Origin: Caenimonas koreensis DSM 17982 | Lineage (GTDB): Bacteria; Pseudomonadota; Gammaproteobacteria; Burkholderiales; Burkholderiaceae_C | NCBI RefSeq assembly: GCF_009646335.1 | Contig: NZ_WJBU01000018.1 | Location: 1-64,000, forward strand | DNA: 64,000 nt | Direction of reading: 5' to 3' | Part shown: positions 18,028-31,549 of the stretch, in pieces | Position numbering within the stretch: the first letter of the stretch is position 1 | Layout: each line of letters starts with the position of its first letter | The notes under the pieces: generated by a model | Told to the model about the DNA's origin: nothing | The model's input: the letters and a program-made list of their open reading frames with translations, nothing else | The model's database searches: none | Translations under genes and position numbers: made by a program

Positions 18028-18617
18028 TGCACGGCACGCAAGACGCTTCACAGTGGGTCCAGCGCTGGTCGCACCTGCTGCCAGCCGCATGCGATGTGCT
18101 GGATGTGGCGTGCGGCCATGGCCGGCACATGAAATGGTTTGCGTCACGGGGGCACCGTGTAACGGGTGTGGACCGGTCGCAGGAAGCCATTGCTGCCGTG
18201 GCCGGGATCGGCGAAGCCGTGCAGGCCGATATCGAGAATGGCCCCTGGCCCTTTGCGGGCCGGACGTTTGGCGCTGTGGTCGTCACGAACTACCTGTGGC
18301 GGCCGCTGCTGCCGACGCTGGCGGCGAGCGTGGCGCCTGGCGGTGTGCTGATCTACGAAACTTTTGCTGCGGGCAACGAGACGGTCGGCAAACCATCGCG
18401 GCCTGACTTTTTGCTTCAGCCGGGGGAACTGCTGCGTGCGGCGGCAACCCTGCAGGTCGTTGCCTATGAGGACGGCTTTCTCCCATCACCCGACCGCTTT
18501 GTGCAGCGGCTCGCGGCAGTTCGCGTCGAGCTGTCGCACGTTGACCCGCAGCACAGCGGTGGAAATCACGGCGGGCACAGCGGTGCGCAGGCGGGCCGGC
18601 GGCGTTACACGCTCTAG
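18027..18617 (+). CDS. class I SAM-dependent methyltransferase
   Basis: Motif VLDVACGHGRH; the ATG overlaps the upstream TGA (ATGA-type coupling). Confidence 0.7.
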   Translation: MHGTQDASQWVQRWSHLLPAACDVLDVACGHGRHMKWFASRGHRVTGVDRSQEAIAAVAGIGEAVQADIENGPWPFAGRTFGAVVVTNYLWRPLLPTLAASVAPGGVLIYETFAAGNETVGKPSRPDFLLQPGELLRAAATLQVVAYEDGFLPSPDRFVQRLAAVRVELSHVDPQHSGGNHGGHSGAQAGRRRYTL

Positions 18618-18666
18618 ATACAATCGCTGATTCCCCGGAAACACCTTCCGGACCAGACTCGCTCAC

Positions 18667-19554
18667 ATGACACCGATAACAGGCAGCATCGTCGCGCTCA
18701 TCACGCCGATGCATGAAGACGGCAGCGTGGACTACCCCACGCTGCGCAAGCTGATCGACTGGCACATCGCCGAAGGCACGGACTGCATCGGCGTTGTCGG
18801 CACCACGGGCGAGTCGCCGACGGTCAACGTCGACGAGCATTGCGAGATCATCCGCGTCGCTGTCGAACAGGCTGCCAGGCGCGTGCCGATCATGGCCGGC
18901 TGCGGCGCGAATTCCACTGCTGAGGCCATCGAGCTCGCAAAGTTCGCCCGCAAGGTCGGCGCCGATTGCCAGCTGCAAGTCGTGCCCTACTACAACAAGC
19001 CAACCCAGGAAGGCCAGTACCAGCACTTCAAGGCAATTGCCGAAGCTGTGGGCGACTTCCCCGTTATCCTCTACAACGTGCCCGGCCGCACCGTTGCCGA
19101 TATGTTGCACGACACCGTCTTGCGCCTGGCCCAGGTGCCCGGCATCGTCGGCATCAAGGAAGCAACCGGCAACATCGAACGTGCCCAGTGGCTCATCCGC
19201 GAGGTGCCCAAGGGGTTCTCGGTATATTCCGGCGATGACCCGACCGCTGTGGCGCTGATGCTGTGCGGCGGCCATGGCAACGTGAGCGTGACGGCCAATG
19301 TGGCGCCCCGCCTGATGCACGAGTTGTGCGTGGCTGCCGTGAAGGGCGACGCCCGGTCGGCCATGGAGATCCAGCGCAAGCTGATGCCGGTGCACAAGCA
19401 CCTGTTCGTTGAGGCCAACCCGATTCCCGTGAAGTGGGCAATGGCGCGCATGGGCCTGTGTGGCGGTACGCTGCGCCTGCCAATGACGCCGCTTGCTGTT
19501 TCGAATGAAGCCGTGGTGGAAGGCGCGCTGCGTGCAGCGGGCCTTGTGTCCTGA
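18667..19554 (+). CDS. dapA: 4-hydroxy-tetrahydrodipicolinate synthase
   Basis: 295 aa; [17 protein letters not shown], active-site Lys region IVGIKEATG. Confidence 0.9.
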   Translation: MTPITGSIVALITPMHEDGSVDYPTLRKLIDWHIAEGTDCIGVVGTTGESPTVNVDEHCEIIRVAVEQAARRVPIMAGCGANSTAEAIELAKFARKVGADCQLQVVPYYNKPTQEGQYQHFKAIAEAVGDFPVILYNVPGRTVADMLHDTVLRLAQVPGIVGIKEATGNIERAQWLIREVPKGFSVYSGDDPTAVALMLCGGHGNVSVTANVAPRLMHELCVAAVKGDARSAMEIQRKLMPVHKHLFVEANPIPVKWAMARMGLCGGTLRLPMTPLAVSNEAVVEGALRAAGLVS

Positions 19555-19600
19555 AAATTTTTTCTGTCCGACTGTCCTGCAAGAATCCAGAGGGGATGAA

Positions 19601-20686
19601 GTGAAGCAATCCGCAAAATTCGTTGGGCTCGCGCTCGTCATGTGTACCGCGCTGTCAGCCTGTTCCGTCCTGGAAGGCGAGAAGGTCGACTACAAGAGCG
19701 CCGGCAAAGGCGTCTCGCTCGAAGTCCCGCCCGACCTGAACCAGCTCACGCGCGAAACGCGTTACACGGTGCCCGGCGGCTCGGTCACGGCCAGCGCCTA
19801 TCAAGTGGGTCAGGCAGCCCCGAACGCGCCCACAGCGACCACCACGCTCGGTGACGTGCGTATCGAGCGCGATGGCAGCAAGCGCTGGCTCGTGGTCAAC
19901 CGCCCGGCGGACCAACTCTGGGGGCCTGTGCGTGACTTCTGGCTCGAAAGCGGCTTCCTGCTCACACTCGACCAGTCGAGCCTGGGCATCATGGAGACCG
20001 ACTGGGCTGAAAACCGCGCGAAGATTCCGCAGGACTTCATCCGCAATGCGCTGGGCAAGTTGATCGACTCGGTCTATTCCACGGCTGAACGCGATCGCTT
20101 CCGCACCCGCCTGGAGCGCTCGGCCAATGGCGGCACCGAGATCTACATCAGCCATCGCGGCATGATCGAGGTGTACAGCACCACACAGAAGGACCAGACG
20201 GTGTGGCAGGCGCGCCCCTCCGATCCGGAACTCGAAACTGAATTCCTGCGTCGCCTGATGATCCGCCTGGGCGTGCCGGCCGAACAGAGCCGTGCCGTGG
20301 TCGCCTCGGGCGGCGCTGCGAAGACAACATCGCGCATCGCCACGCTCAACAACGCGCCTGTCGTGCAAATCGATGAAGGCTTCGATCGCGCATGGCGCCG
20401 TGTTGGCCTCGCGCTGGACCGCACCGGCTTCACGGTTGAAGACCGCGATCGCGCACAGGGCGTGTATTTCGTTCGCTACGTCGAGCCGAATGCGGCGAAG
20501 AAGGACGAAGGCTTCCTGGCCAAGCTGTTCAAGAAGGACGAAAGCGATCCGCCGCTGAAGTTCCGTATCTCGCTCAAGAGCGCGGGCGATACCACCACTG
20601 TCTCGGTGTTGAACGCGAATGGCGCAGTCGAAACATCGGCCAACGCACAACGCATCGTTCAGGTGCTCGCAGACGACCTGAAGTAA
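19601..20686 (+). CDS. bamC: outer-membrane protein assembly factor BamC (NlpB)-like lipoprotein
   Basis: GTG start with lipobox LSAC. Conserved position immediately downstream of dapA, as in E. coli dapA-nlpB. Confidence 0.7.
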   Translation: MKQSAKFVGLALVMCTALSACSVLEGEKVDYKSAGKGVSLEVPPDLNQLTRETRYTVPGGSVTASAYQVGQAAPNAPTATTTLGDVRIERDGSKRWLVVNRPADQLWGPVRDFWLESGFLLTLDQSSLGIMETDWAENRAKIPQDFIRNALGKLIDSVYSTAERDRFRTRLERSANGGTEIYISHRGMIEVYSTTQKDQTVWQARPSDPELETEFLRRLMIRLGVPAEQSRAVVASGGAAKTTSRIATLNNAPVVQIDEGFDRAWRRVGLALDRTGFTVEDRDRAQGVYFVRYVEPNAAKKDEGFLAKLFKKDESDPPLKFRISLKSAGDTTTVSVLNANGAVETSANAQRIVQVLADDLK

Positions 20687-20745
20687 AGCCGAAGAAGGGC
20701 CTGCCACGATGGCAGGCCCTTCTTCTTTGCGCACACGGTACAAAG

Positions 20746-21522
20746 TTGATCAGATTCAAGAACCTGGGCAGCGGCAGTTCCGGAAATGCAACCGTTGTGC
20801 AAGCCCGCAGCGGAACGACCGTTTCGCACCTGCTGGTCGATTGCGGCCTGGGCATCCGCCAGCTTGACATGCGTCTGGGCATTGCGGGCATGCTGGCCGA
20901 GCAGCTGGACGCCATCTTCATCACGCACGAGCATGCCGACCACATCGGCTGTGCGCGGCAAGTCGCCCTTCGCGAGCGAATTCCGGTCTACATGAGTCAT
21001 GGCACCTACGTTGCCTTGGGCGAGCCTGACTTTGGCGGCATGTTGCGCATCGCCAGCGATTCAGTGGCCATTGAAGTGGGCGCCCTTTCGGTCATGCCTT
21101 TCACGGTGCCCCATGATGCGCGCGAGCCGCTGCAACTGACCTGCGGCGACGGCGCCGCGCGCATGGGCGTGTTGACTGATCTGGGGCACTGCACATCGCA
21201 CGTACTGGCCCACCTGGCCGGATGCAGCACCGTGCTGCTTGAATGCAACCATGACACCGAGATGCTCGCGTCAGGCAGCTATCCCTACTTTCTGAAGCAG
21301 CGGGTTGCAGGCGCGTATGGTCATCTGGCGAATGACGCGTCAGCCGCTATCGCACAAGCACTGCTGCCCACGGGCCTGAAGCAGGTCGTTGCGGCGCACC
21401 TGAGCGAGCAGAACAACAAGCCCGAGCTGGCGCGGCGTGCGCTCGCCACAGCGATGGACTGCGATGAGGCCAGTATCCACGTGGCCGACGGGCCCAATGG
21501 TTATGGCTGGCTGACGATTTAG
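20746..21522 (+). CDS. MBL-fold metallo-hydrolase
   Basis: HxHxDH motif ITHEHADHIG, 258 aa. Confidence 0.8.
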   Translation: MIRFKNLGSGSSGNATVVQARSGTTVSHLLVDCGLGIRQLDMRLGIAGMLAEQLDAIFITHEHADHIGCARQVALRERIPVYMSHGTYVALGEPDFGGMLRIASDSVAIEVGALSVMPFTVPHDAREPLQLTCGDGAARMGVLTDLGHCTSHVLAHLAGCSTVLLECNHDTEMLASGSYPYFLKQRVAGAYGHLANDASAAIAQALLPTGLKQVVAAHLSEQNNKPELARRALATAMDCDEASIHVADGPNGYGWLTI

Positions 21523-21540
21523 GCAAATGCGCCGGAAAAC

Positions 21541-21569
21541 AAAAAAGCCGCCCGAGGGCGGCTTTTTGT
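21541..21569. terminator. bidirectional rho-independent terminator
   Basis: AAAAAA-GCCGCCCGAGGGCGGC-TTTTTGTT between convergent genes. Confidence 0.7.
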
Positions 21570-21608
21570 TACCAGGGATGTGATCGCCTGGTACCGGTGA
21601 ACCGGTAG

Positions 21609-21887
21609 TTACTTCGTGGCCGAAGCGGCCATAGCGGCGCCCGAAGCGGCCATTGCCGAGCCGGAAGCAGCCATTGCGGAGCCAGAGGCGGCCATTGCGG
21701 AGCCAGAAGCAGCCATTGCAGCCGTCGAAGCGGCAGCAGCAGCAGCGTCGGCAGCAGCCGGTGCGGGAGCCGGAGCCGGTGCAGCGGCGGGAGCCGGTGC
21801 GGGTGCGGGAGCCGGGGCTTCGGTCTTGCTGCAAGCGGCCAGCGCTGCAGCTGCAATCAGGGTCGCCAGAACGAGCGATTTCTTCAT
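21609..21887 (-). CDS. small Ala/Pro-rich lipoprotein containing 21-bp (7-aa) tandem repeats
   Basis: Signal peptide plus lipobox LAAC; about 6 tandem 21-bp units (21622-21747) encoding (S/A)GSAMAA heptads. Confidence 0.55.
   Translation of the reverse strand: MKKSLVLATLIAAAALAACSKTEAPAPAPAPAPAAAPAPAPAPAAADAAAAAASTAAMAASGSAMAASGSAMAASGSAMAASGAAMAASATK
21622..21747. repeat. 21-bp tandem repeat, about 6 copies (GAAGCGGCCATTGCGGAGCCA-like)
   Basis: Periodicity read directly from the sequence; in-frame within the lipoprotein gene. Confidence 0.7.
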
Positions 21888-22059
21888 TTCAAAGTCCTTT
21901 TATGGGGGTAACAATTTCCGGAAATTGTCTCGGCGAGACATTCGCCACGCAAGACAGAGCCGCAAGCACTCGAGCTCTTACTGCTCAGCCTAAGATTATA
22001 TGACGTTTCTCACGCCTCAGTACCTGTAGAGCGTCGCCTGAGAGATGAGTACTACGGCG

Positions 22060-22575
22060 TTACAAGCCCAGTGTCACCGCTGGAAATGAAGGTGAGCTTT
22101 TGCCAAGCCATGCGTTCAGGTTTTCGCGCAGCAACAAGCGCCTGTCGGGCTCGCTGCCGCTCACACCGTTGCAGCGCTCAATATCCAGTCGCTGCATCAC
22201 CCAGCCCGAACTCCAGATCGCGCTCGGCAACTCCAGCGCATCGGCCGAGGGGCAGGCGCGCGCATCGATGATGTGCGACCAGGTCTTGCGCCATGTCACG
22301 AAGCGCGCGTGGTTGCGAATGACGACATCGTATTTGCGCGCGAGCAGCGTGCAATGCCTGCCGGTCTTCGACCAGTCCAGCAGCGACTGCGTGACGTCGC
22401 GCTCGCCCAGCGGCCAGTCGGCAAAGTCGGCATCAGCCAGAATGATCTCGCGCCAGCCCTCGCGCGCCGCGCAGGCCAATGCATCGCGAACCAGCTGGCG
22501 GAATGCCTCGCGGCCTTCAAAGCGCGCCGATGGAAGCGCGGGCGGGTGGTTGTCTTGCGACGCGTTCACAGTCAT
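22060..22575 (-). CDS. hypothetical protein (171 aa)
   Basis: ATG at 22575 with a GAGGG RBS, 10 bp downstream of the cupin/JmjC gene stop (likely co-transcribed). The track's 200-aa form overlaps the upstream gene. Confidence 0.45.
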   Translation of the reverse strand: MTVNASQDNHPPALPSARFEGREAFRQLVRDALACAAREGWREIILADADFADWPLGERDVTQSLLDWSKTGRHCTLLARKYDVVIRNHARFVTWRKTWSHIIDARACPSADALELPSAIWSSGWVMQRLDIERCNGVSGSEPDRRLLLRENLNAWLGKSSPSFPAVTLGL

Positions 22576-22585
22576 ATGCAGACCC

Positions 22586-23716
22586 TCAAGTGATGGAGTG
22601 CGCCCAGCCGGCATCGCACCAGCTGCGCAAGAGGCCGTGGGCGTCCGCACTCGCGCTCGCAAGCTCCTTCGCGCTCAGGCTTCGCTTGTCGGCCAGTGCA
22701 TGCATCAGCTTCGCGTCGCGGCCCGAGGCGCGATAGCTGTCGCCATTGATGAAGACGTGCCGGGAGTCGTACATCATGCGGGTTCGGCGGTCGAGTTCGA
22801 TGCCCTGCATCATGCGGCCCGCCGCATCTTCCTCGCCGGGGTCGAACCATACGCTCGCCTTCGGCTCCGTGAGGTATTCGCCGAGGACTCGCTCGACCAG
22901 CAGTGGGTCGGCAAGCGCGCGGCGCATGGCGTCGGCGGCAAAGTTCAACAGGTGTGCCGGAATGTGGCCGGGCGCGTGCGTCGCCTCTTGCCGTGGGTCG
23001 GCATAGATCGCCTCGCCCGCAGCATCTGCGGCGTCTTCGGAGATTCGCTGGAGCAACTCACGCGCGAGTTCGCCACGCGCGGGTGAGCGAAATCCTATCG
23101 AGTACGTCTGGCACTCGCCTTGCGCCACGCCGTCGTGCGCATAGCGCGGTGGCAGGTACAGCATGTCTCCGGGTTCCAGGACATATTCTTCTTCGGGCTC
23201 GAAGTTCGCGAGCACCTTCAGCGGCACATCGTCGCGCAGTTGCAAGTCGCTCTGCCGTCCGATGCGCCAGCGGCGCCGGCCCTGTGCTTGCAGCAAGAAA
23301 ACGTCGTAGCTGTCGAAGTGCGGCCCCACGCCGCCGCCATCACTGGCATAGCTGACCATCAAGTCGTCGAGCCTGGCGTGCGGCACAAAGCTGAACTGGC
23401 GAAGCAGGCCATAGCCGCGCTCGTCGAGCTGGTCGACACCCTGCACGAGCAGGGTCCACTCACGACGCGACAAAGGCGGCAATCCGCGCCGGGCAAAGGG
23501 CCCATGGCGCACCGACCACTTGCCCTTGACCTGCGCGATCAGGCGCGACTCGACGTCATCGCGGGCGGCGAGCGCAAAGAGTTCATTGCGTGCGATGGGC
23601 GGCGTGAATCCCGCAATCGCGCCGCGCACCAGCAACGGCTTTTTCTGCCAATGACGTTTCATGAACTGGGCCGGCGCGAGGCCGCCCAGCAATGCAAGAG
23701 GTTCGGATGTGTCCAT
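22586..23716 (-). CDS. cupin-4 / JmjC-domain protein (ribosomal oxygenase RoxA/YcfD-like)
   Basis: 376 aa; double-stranded beta-helix Fe(II)/2OG signature ...GPHFDSYDVFLLQAQGRRRW...HDGVAQ. Confidence 0.75.
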   Translation of the reverse strand: MDTSEPLALLGGLAPAQFMKRHWQKKPLLVRGAIAGFTPPIARNELFALAARDDVESRLIAQVKGKWSVRHGPFARRGLPPLSRREWTLLVQGVDQLDERGYGLLRQFSFVPHARLDDLMVSYASDGGGVGPHFDSYDVFLLQAQGRRRWRIGRQSDLQLRDDVPLKVLANFEPEEEYVLEPGDMLYLPPRYAHDGVAQGECQTYSIGFRSPARGELARELLQRISEDAADAAGEAIYADPRQEATHAPGHIPAHLLNFAADAMRRALADPLLVERVLGEYLTEPKASVWFDPGEEDAAGRMMQGIELDRRTRMMYDSRHVFINGDSYRASGRDAKLMHALADKRSLSAKELASASADAHGLLRSWCDAGWAHSIT

Positions 23717-23736
23717 GGATTTGCGACAATTCTCCT

Positions 23737-24252
23737 ATGGAAATCACCAAACAATGCGTCGTGGCGCTGACCTGGACGCTCAAGGACACCTTGGGCGAAG
23801 TCCTCGACGAGCTGGACGAACCCATCGAATTCATGGTCGGCGGCGACGATCTTCTCGCCCGCATTGAGGATGCGCTGCAGGGTCACACAGCCGGTGACGT
23901 GCTGGACCTGCACCTTGAACCAGAAGACGCCTTCGGCGACTTCAACGATCAACTGCTCTTTCTGGAGCCTCGCGGGATATTTCCTGCGGAGCTTGACGTG
24001 GGGATGACCTTCGAGGGTATGCCTGCCGGTGGCACGGCATCGGCACCGGCCAACCTGTTCTATACGGTGACCGAGATTTACCCCGAGCACGTTGTGCTCG
24101 ACGGCAACCATCCGTTGTCCGGCATCGCACTGCGCATTCGCATCAAGGTCGAGGGCGTGCGTGAGGCAACCGAAGAGGAAGTCGGCCTCGGCAGTGCGGG
24201 GAGCAGCTTTTTCAAGCCCCCGTCCGGTGCCGGGGATTCAACCGTTCACTAG
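23737..24252 (+). CDS. FKBP-type peptidyl-prolyl cis-trans isomerase (SlyD/FkpB-like)
   Basis: The N-terminal ALTWTLKDTLGEVLDE..EPIEFMVGGDDLLARIEDAL....GDV..L.LEPEDAFGD resembles SlyD, with a flexible acidic/Gly tail. Confidence 0.75.
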   Translation: MEITKQCVVALTWTLKDTLGEVLDELDEPIEFMVGGDDLLARIEDALQGHTAGDVLDLHLEPEDAFGDFNDQLLFLEPRGIFPAELDVGMTFEGMPAGGTASAPANLFYTVTEIYPEHVVLDGNHPLSGIALRIRIKVEGVREATEEEVGLGSAGSSFFKPPSGAGDSTVH

Positions 24253-24291
24253 GCGGATCACACGGGCCAGCGCATGCAGGCCCGGGCTCGA

Positions 24292-24807
24292 TCAACCCTG
24301 GTAAATCGTGCCGTTTTCGATCCGCACGCGATCGCCGACTCGCAGGTCTGACGCTGCGGTGACGTCGTACTGACGATAGTTGCCCTGGTCGGTGGTGACT
24401 GTCAGGCGATAAATCGGGCCATTCATTGCGCGCAACTGGCCATCGTTGTTGGCCAGGCGGTTGCCCACGACAGCGCCGCCGGCGGCGCCGAGGACTGTGG
24501 CAACCACTCGGCCGGTGCCGCCGCCTACCAGGTTACCGAGCGCGCCGCCGACGACAGCGCCGACAATCGTTCCGGTAGTGCTATTGGCACGGCTCGTTCC
24601 GGATGTGCCGCTCACGAGCGAAACGTCGGTGATGCGTCCGTACTCGACCACACCCGCCGGCTGGACGCTGGCGACTGTCGTGACGGTCGTTGTCGGACCC
24701 GCCGGGTAGGTGTTGGCGCCGTAATACGGCCCGCTGGCGCAGCCGGTCAGGCCGGCGGTGAGTGCAGCGATGGATGCCAGGGTCAGGATGCTCTTGGTGG
24801 ATTGCAT
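24292..24807 (-). CDS. glycine-zipper outer-membrane lipoprotein (17-kDa-antigen/Slp-like)
   Basis: Lipobox LTGC; glycine zipper GAVVGGALGNLVGGGTGRVVATVLGAAGGAVVG. Confidence 0.7.
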   Translation of the reverse strand: MQSTKSILTLASIAALTAGLTGCASGPYYGANTYPAGPTTTVTTVASVQPAGVVEYGRITDVSLVSGTSGTSRANSTTGTIVGAVVGGALGNLVGGGTGRVVATVLGAAGGAVVGNRLANNDGQLRAMNGPIYRLTVTTDQGNYRQYDVTAASDLRVGDRVRIENGTIYQG

Positions 24808-24917
24808 GGTGTACTCCTTCGAGGACTGTGAAGGAGCCATTACAGTCATCGGCGCCGGCGCGAACGTAGCGCCAATGCCGCGCCTTGCTGTAGGCGCAGG
24901 GCGCACCGGCATGTGTG

Positions 24918-25364
24918 TCAATGTTTGCCGGTCGAGCCGTAGCCGCCTTCGCCGCGCTGCGACGCCGGAAACTCATCCACCACATTGAACTGCGCCTGCA
25001 TCACCGGAACGATCACCAGCTGTGCAAGCCGCTCCATCGGCTGCAGCGTGAACTCGGTGCTGCTGCGGTTCCAGGCGCTGACCATGAGCTGGCCCTGGTA
25101 GTCGCTGTCAATAAGCCCGACGAGATTGCCCAGCACAATGCCGTGCTTGTGACCCAGCCCGGAGCGCGGAAGGATCATCGCTGCGTAGCCCGGGTCCTTC
25201 AGCCAGATCGCGATGCCCGTTGGCACAAGCTTCCATGCGTTGGGCGCCAGCGTCAGCGGCTCATCGATACAGGCACGCAGGTCGAGCCCCGCACTGCCGG
25301 GTGTTGCATACGAAGGGAGCTGGTCCGCCATGCGCGGATCAAGAATACGGACATCGACTTTCAT
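24918..25364 (-). CDS. dut: dUTP diphosphatase
   Basis: 148 aa; motifs [24 protein letters not shown]; conserved dfp-dut pairing. Confidence 0.9.
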   Translation of the reverse strand: MKVDVRILDPRMADQLPSYATPGSAGLDLRACIDEPLTLAPNAWKLVPTGIAIWLKDPGYAAMILPRSGLGHKHGIVLGNLVGLIDSDYQGQLMVSAWNRSSTEFTLQPMERLAQLVIVPVMQAQFNVVDEFPASQRGEGGYGSTGKH

Positions 25365-26569
25365 AATCTCCTGGCAATTTCGGCAATGAGGTGGCGCGCA
25401 AGCTCAAGCTTGGACGCGCGCGGGACTTCGACGGTGGTGGCGGCATCGACAAGCAGCAGCGCGTTGTCATCGGCGCCGAATGTAGCGGGTCCGATGTTGC
25501 CGACAAGAAGCGGCACGCCTTTGCGAATGCGCTTGGCCTGCGCGTGGGCGAGCAGGTCATGGCTTTCCGCCGCGAACCCCACGCAGAACAATGCGCCCGA
25601 CGTGGCGCGCTCGCTGCCGGCCACAGTGGCAAGAATGTCCGGGTTCTCGGTGAACGACATTTGCGGCGTGTTGCCCGAGCCGTCCTTCTTGATCTTTTGG
25701 TCTGATGCTTGTGCGGGACGCCAGTCTGCAACAGCAGCCGTGGCGATGAAGATGTCTGCCAGCTGCGCTTGCGGCACTGTTGCTTCAAGCATCTGCTGGG
25801 CCGACTGCACATTGATGCGTGTCACGCCGCGCGGTGTCGGCAAGCTCACCGGGCCAGCGACCAAGGTGACGTTGCCGCCCGCTTCACGCGCGGCGCGCGC
25901 AATGGCAAAACCCATCTTGCCGCTGGAGAGATTCGTGATGCCACGCACGGGGTCGATCGCCTCGAAGGTCGGGCCTGCGGTCACAAGAATGTTCTTTCCC
26001 GCAAGCGACTTCGGCTGGAAAAACGCGACGATGTCTTCGAGCAGTTCGGGTGGCTCCAGCATGCGGCCATCGCCCGTCTCGCCGCACGCCTGGAAGCCCG
26101 AGCCTACGCCGAGGATGTGCGCGCCATCAGCCGTCAACTGCATCATGTTGCGCTGCGTCGCCGGGTGGGCCCACATCTCGCGATTCATCGCTGGTGCGAG
26201 CAGCAGGGGCACTTTGTCGATCGGGCGGGCCAGGCACATGAGCGAGAGCAATTCATCCGCCCTGCCGTGCAACAGCTTGGCCATGAAGTCTGCACTGCAC
26301 GGCGCGACGACGATCGCATCGGCTTCTCGCGAGAGATTGATGTGCGGCATCGTGTTGGGCTCGCGCCCATCCCACTGCGAAGAATAGACGGGCCGGCCCG
26401 ACAGCGCCTGCATCGTCACGCGGGTGATGAATTGCTCCGCCGCCTCGGTCATCACGACTTGCACGGTGGCGCCTTCCTTGATGAGCGCACGGCACAGCTC
26501 GGCGGCCTTGTAACAGGCGATACCGCCTGAGAGCCCGAGCACGAAGTGTCTGCCTGCAAGATCGTTCAT
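25361..26569 (-). CDS. coaBC: bifunctional phosphopantothenoylcysteine decarboxylase/synthetase
   Basis: 402 aa; N-terminal flavoprotein region ([12 protein letters not shown]) and a C-terminal CoaB domain. Confidence 0.9.
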   Translation of the reverse strand: MNDLAGRHFVLGLSGGIACYKAAELCRALIKEGATVQVVMTEAAEQFITRVTMQALSGRPVYSSQWDGREPNTMPHINLSREADAIVVAPCSADFMAKLLHGRADELLSLMCLARPIDKVPLLLAPAMNREMWAHPATQRNMMQLTADGAHILGVGSGFQACGETGDGRMLEPPELLEDIVAFFQPKSLAGKNILVTAGPTFEAIDPVRGITNLSSGKMGFAIARAAREAGGNVTLVAGPVSLPTPRGVTRINVQSAQQMLEATVPQAQLADIFIATAAVADWRPAQASDQKIKKDGSGNTPQMSFTENPDILATVAGSERATSGALFCVGFAAESHDLLAHAQAKRIRKGVPLLVGNIGPATFGADDNALLLVDAATTVEVPRASKLELARHLIAEIARRL

Positions 26570-26586
26570 GCCACGCAGTGTAATGA

Positions 26587-28320
<1,734 letters not shown>

Positions 28321-28390
28321 ACGGCGCCGGACCGATCCAGGCCGCGAAGGCCCCCTCGGGGGGCAGCGTCAACGTGGGAGCCACATACCT

Positions 28391-29245
28391 ATGAAGCTCT
28401 GCAACTTTGAAATAGGGCTTCACAGGCCCTTTTTTTTGATCGCCGGCCCTTGCGTCGTCGAGTCCGAGCAATTGCAGATGGACACGGCGGGCACGCTCAA
28501 GGAGATCACCTCCTCGCTGGGCATCCCGTTCATTTTCAAAAGCAGCTACGACAAGGCGAACCGCTCGTCCGGCACCAGCTTTCGCGGCCCCGGCATGCAG
28601 CGCGGCCTGGAAATTCTTGCCAAGGTCAAGAAAGACCTGGGCCTGCCCATCATCACGGACGTGCATTCGGAAACTGAAATCGCCGAAGTCGCCAAGGTTG
28701 TCGATGTATTGCAGACGCCGGCCTTCCTGTGCCGCCAGACCGACTTTATCCGCGCTGTAGCGCAGTCGGGCCTGCCGGTGAACATCAAGAAGGGCCAGTT
28801 CCTCGCGCCTGGCGACATGAAGAACGTGATCGACAAGGCACGCGCTGCCGCGAAAGAAAAGGGCCTGCCGGAAGACAGCTTCATGGCCTGCGAACGCGGT
28901 GCCAGCTTCGGCTACAACAACCTTGTGTCAGACATGCGCTCGCTCGCGATCATGCGCGAGACCGGCGCGCCCGTCGTGTTCGACGCCACGCATTCCGTGC
29001 AGTTGCCTGGCGGCCAGGGCACGACCTCGGGCGGCCAGCGCGAGATGGTCCCTGTGCTGGCGCGCGCAGCGGTTGCCGTGGGCATCGCCGGGCTCTTCAT
29101 GGAAACGCATCCTGACCCGGCCAAGGCCATGTCCGATGGCCCGAACGCCGTGCCGCTCAAGCACATGAAGGCGCTGCTTGAAACACTGCTCGCGCTGGAC
29201 GCGGTCACCAAGAAAAACGGCTACCTGGAAGAGAACTTCAGTTGA
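28391..29245 (+). CDS. kdsA: 3-deoxy-8-phosphooctulonate synthase
   Basis: 284 aa; [10 protein letters not shown], ...[15 protein letters not shown]. Confidence 0.9.
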   Translation: MKLCNFEIGLHRPFFLIAGPCVVESEQLQMDTAGTLKEITSSLGIPFIFKSSYDKANRSSGTSFRGPGMQRGLEILAKVKKDLGLPIITDVHSETEIAEVAKVVDVLQTPAFLCRQTDFIRAVAQSGLPVNIKKGQFLAPGDMKNVIDKARAAAKEKGLPEDSFMACERGASFGYNNLVSDMRSLAIMRETGAPVVFDATHSVQLPGGQGTTSGGQREMVPVLARAAVAVGIAGLFMETHPDPAKAMSDGPNAVPLKHMKALLETLLALDAVTKKNGYLEENFS

Positions 29246-29259
29246 GCGTTGGGCGTTGA

Positions 29260-30615
<1,356 letters not shown>

Positions 30616-30621
30616 AGTCAC

Positions 30622-30897
30622 TTGCGCAACCGCGTCGTCCCCGCCATCCTCATCGCCCTGCTCATGGTCGTCCATGCGCAGCTGTGGTTTGGCCGGGGCA
30701 GCGTGGGCAATGTCGCGAAGATGCAAAGCAAGCTCGACGCGCAGAAGGCCGCCAATGCGCAGGCGCAGCACGTCAACGAGCAGCTGGCCTCGGAAGTCAG
30801 CGACCTGAAAGAGGGCCTGGAGACGGTAGAAGAAAAGGCCCGCTTCGAGCTGGGGATGGTCAGGCCCAACGAGATACTGGTGAATGTCTCGAAGTAA
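30622..30897 (+). CDS. ftsB: cell division protein FtsB
   Basis: TTG start; N-terminal TM then coiled coil; tail EEKARFELGMVRPNE resembles the FtsB C-terminus; conserved position after eno. Confidence 0.7.
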   Translation: MRNRVVPAILIALLMVVHAQLWFGRGSVGNVAKMQSKLDAQKAANAQAQHVNEQLASEVSDLKEGLETVEEKARFELGMVRPNEILVNVSK

Positions 30898-30946
30898 CGC
30901 GGTGAGCGGTAGGCTGCACGCCCAGCCGCTGATGCGTAGCTGATTC

Positions 30947-31549
30947 ATGCTGGACCTCCTCTTCGCACAAGCCTTCACACTCTGGGGCGCGCCCACCACG
31001 TGGCTTGAGGTCATTGCAGTGGTGCTTGCGCTGGCCATGGTCGGCTGCAACATCCGAGAAATCCATTGGGGCTGGCCGCTGGCAGCAGCAAGTTCGGCGC
31101 TGTACTTCCTGCTGTTCTGGCGCAGCAAGCTCTATGGCGATGCGGGCCTGCAAGTGTTCTTCGCACTCGTGGCGCTGTGGGGCTGGTACCAGTGGCTGCG
31201 CGGCGTGCAGCCTGACGGCTCGGCGCTGAAGGTCACGCGCCTGCCCCGGCGCAGCGTGGCGCTGGCGATTGTGACGTGCGTTGTGCTCTGGCCTCTTACG
31301 GCCTTCTTCCTCATGAAGTTCACCGACACCGACGTGCCGTGGTGGGATGGCTTCCCGACAGCGGTGAGCCTCGTCGGGCAGTACTTGCTGGGCCGCAAGT
31401 ACATCGAGAACTGGCTCGTGTGGATCGTCGTCAACGTCGTGAGCGTCGGGCTCTTTGCCTACAAGGGTCTCTGGCTCACCGTCGGGCTCTATGGGGTGTT
31501 CATCGCGCTCAGCGTGGTGGGCTGGCGTGAGTGGAGCAAGCGCGCATGA
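30947..31549 (+). CDS. pnuC: nicotinamide riboside transporter PnuC
   Basis: 200 aa, multi-TM, with PnuC-like WGWYQW motifs. Confidence 0.8.
   Translation: MLDLLFAQAFTLWGAPTTWLEVIAVVLALAMVGCNIREIHWGWPLAAASSALYFLLFWRSKLYGDAGLQVFFALVALWGWYQWLRGVQPDGSALKVTRLPRRSVALAIVTCVVLWPLTAFFLMKFTDTDVPWWDGFPTAVSLVGQYLLGRKYIENWLVWIVVNVVSVGLFAYKGLWLTVGLYGVFIALSVVGWREWSKRA

Noticed and set aside
19655-20743. 362-aa minus ORF antisense to bamC
   Set aside because: No motifs; it overlaps a lipoprotein gene that keeps conserved synteny with dapA.
21616-21750. CRISPR-like periodic repeats
   Set aside because: The units are directly tandem (21 bp, no spacers), in-frame within a lipoprotein gene, and there are no cas genes. 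Not a CRISPR array.
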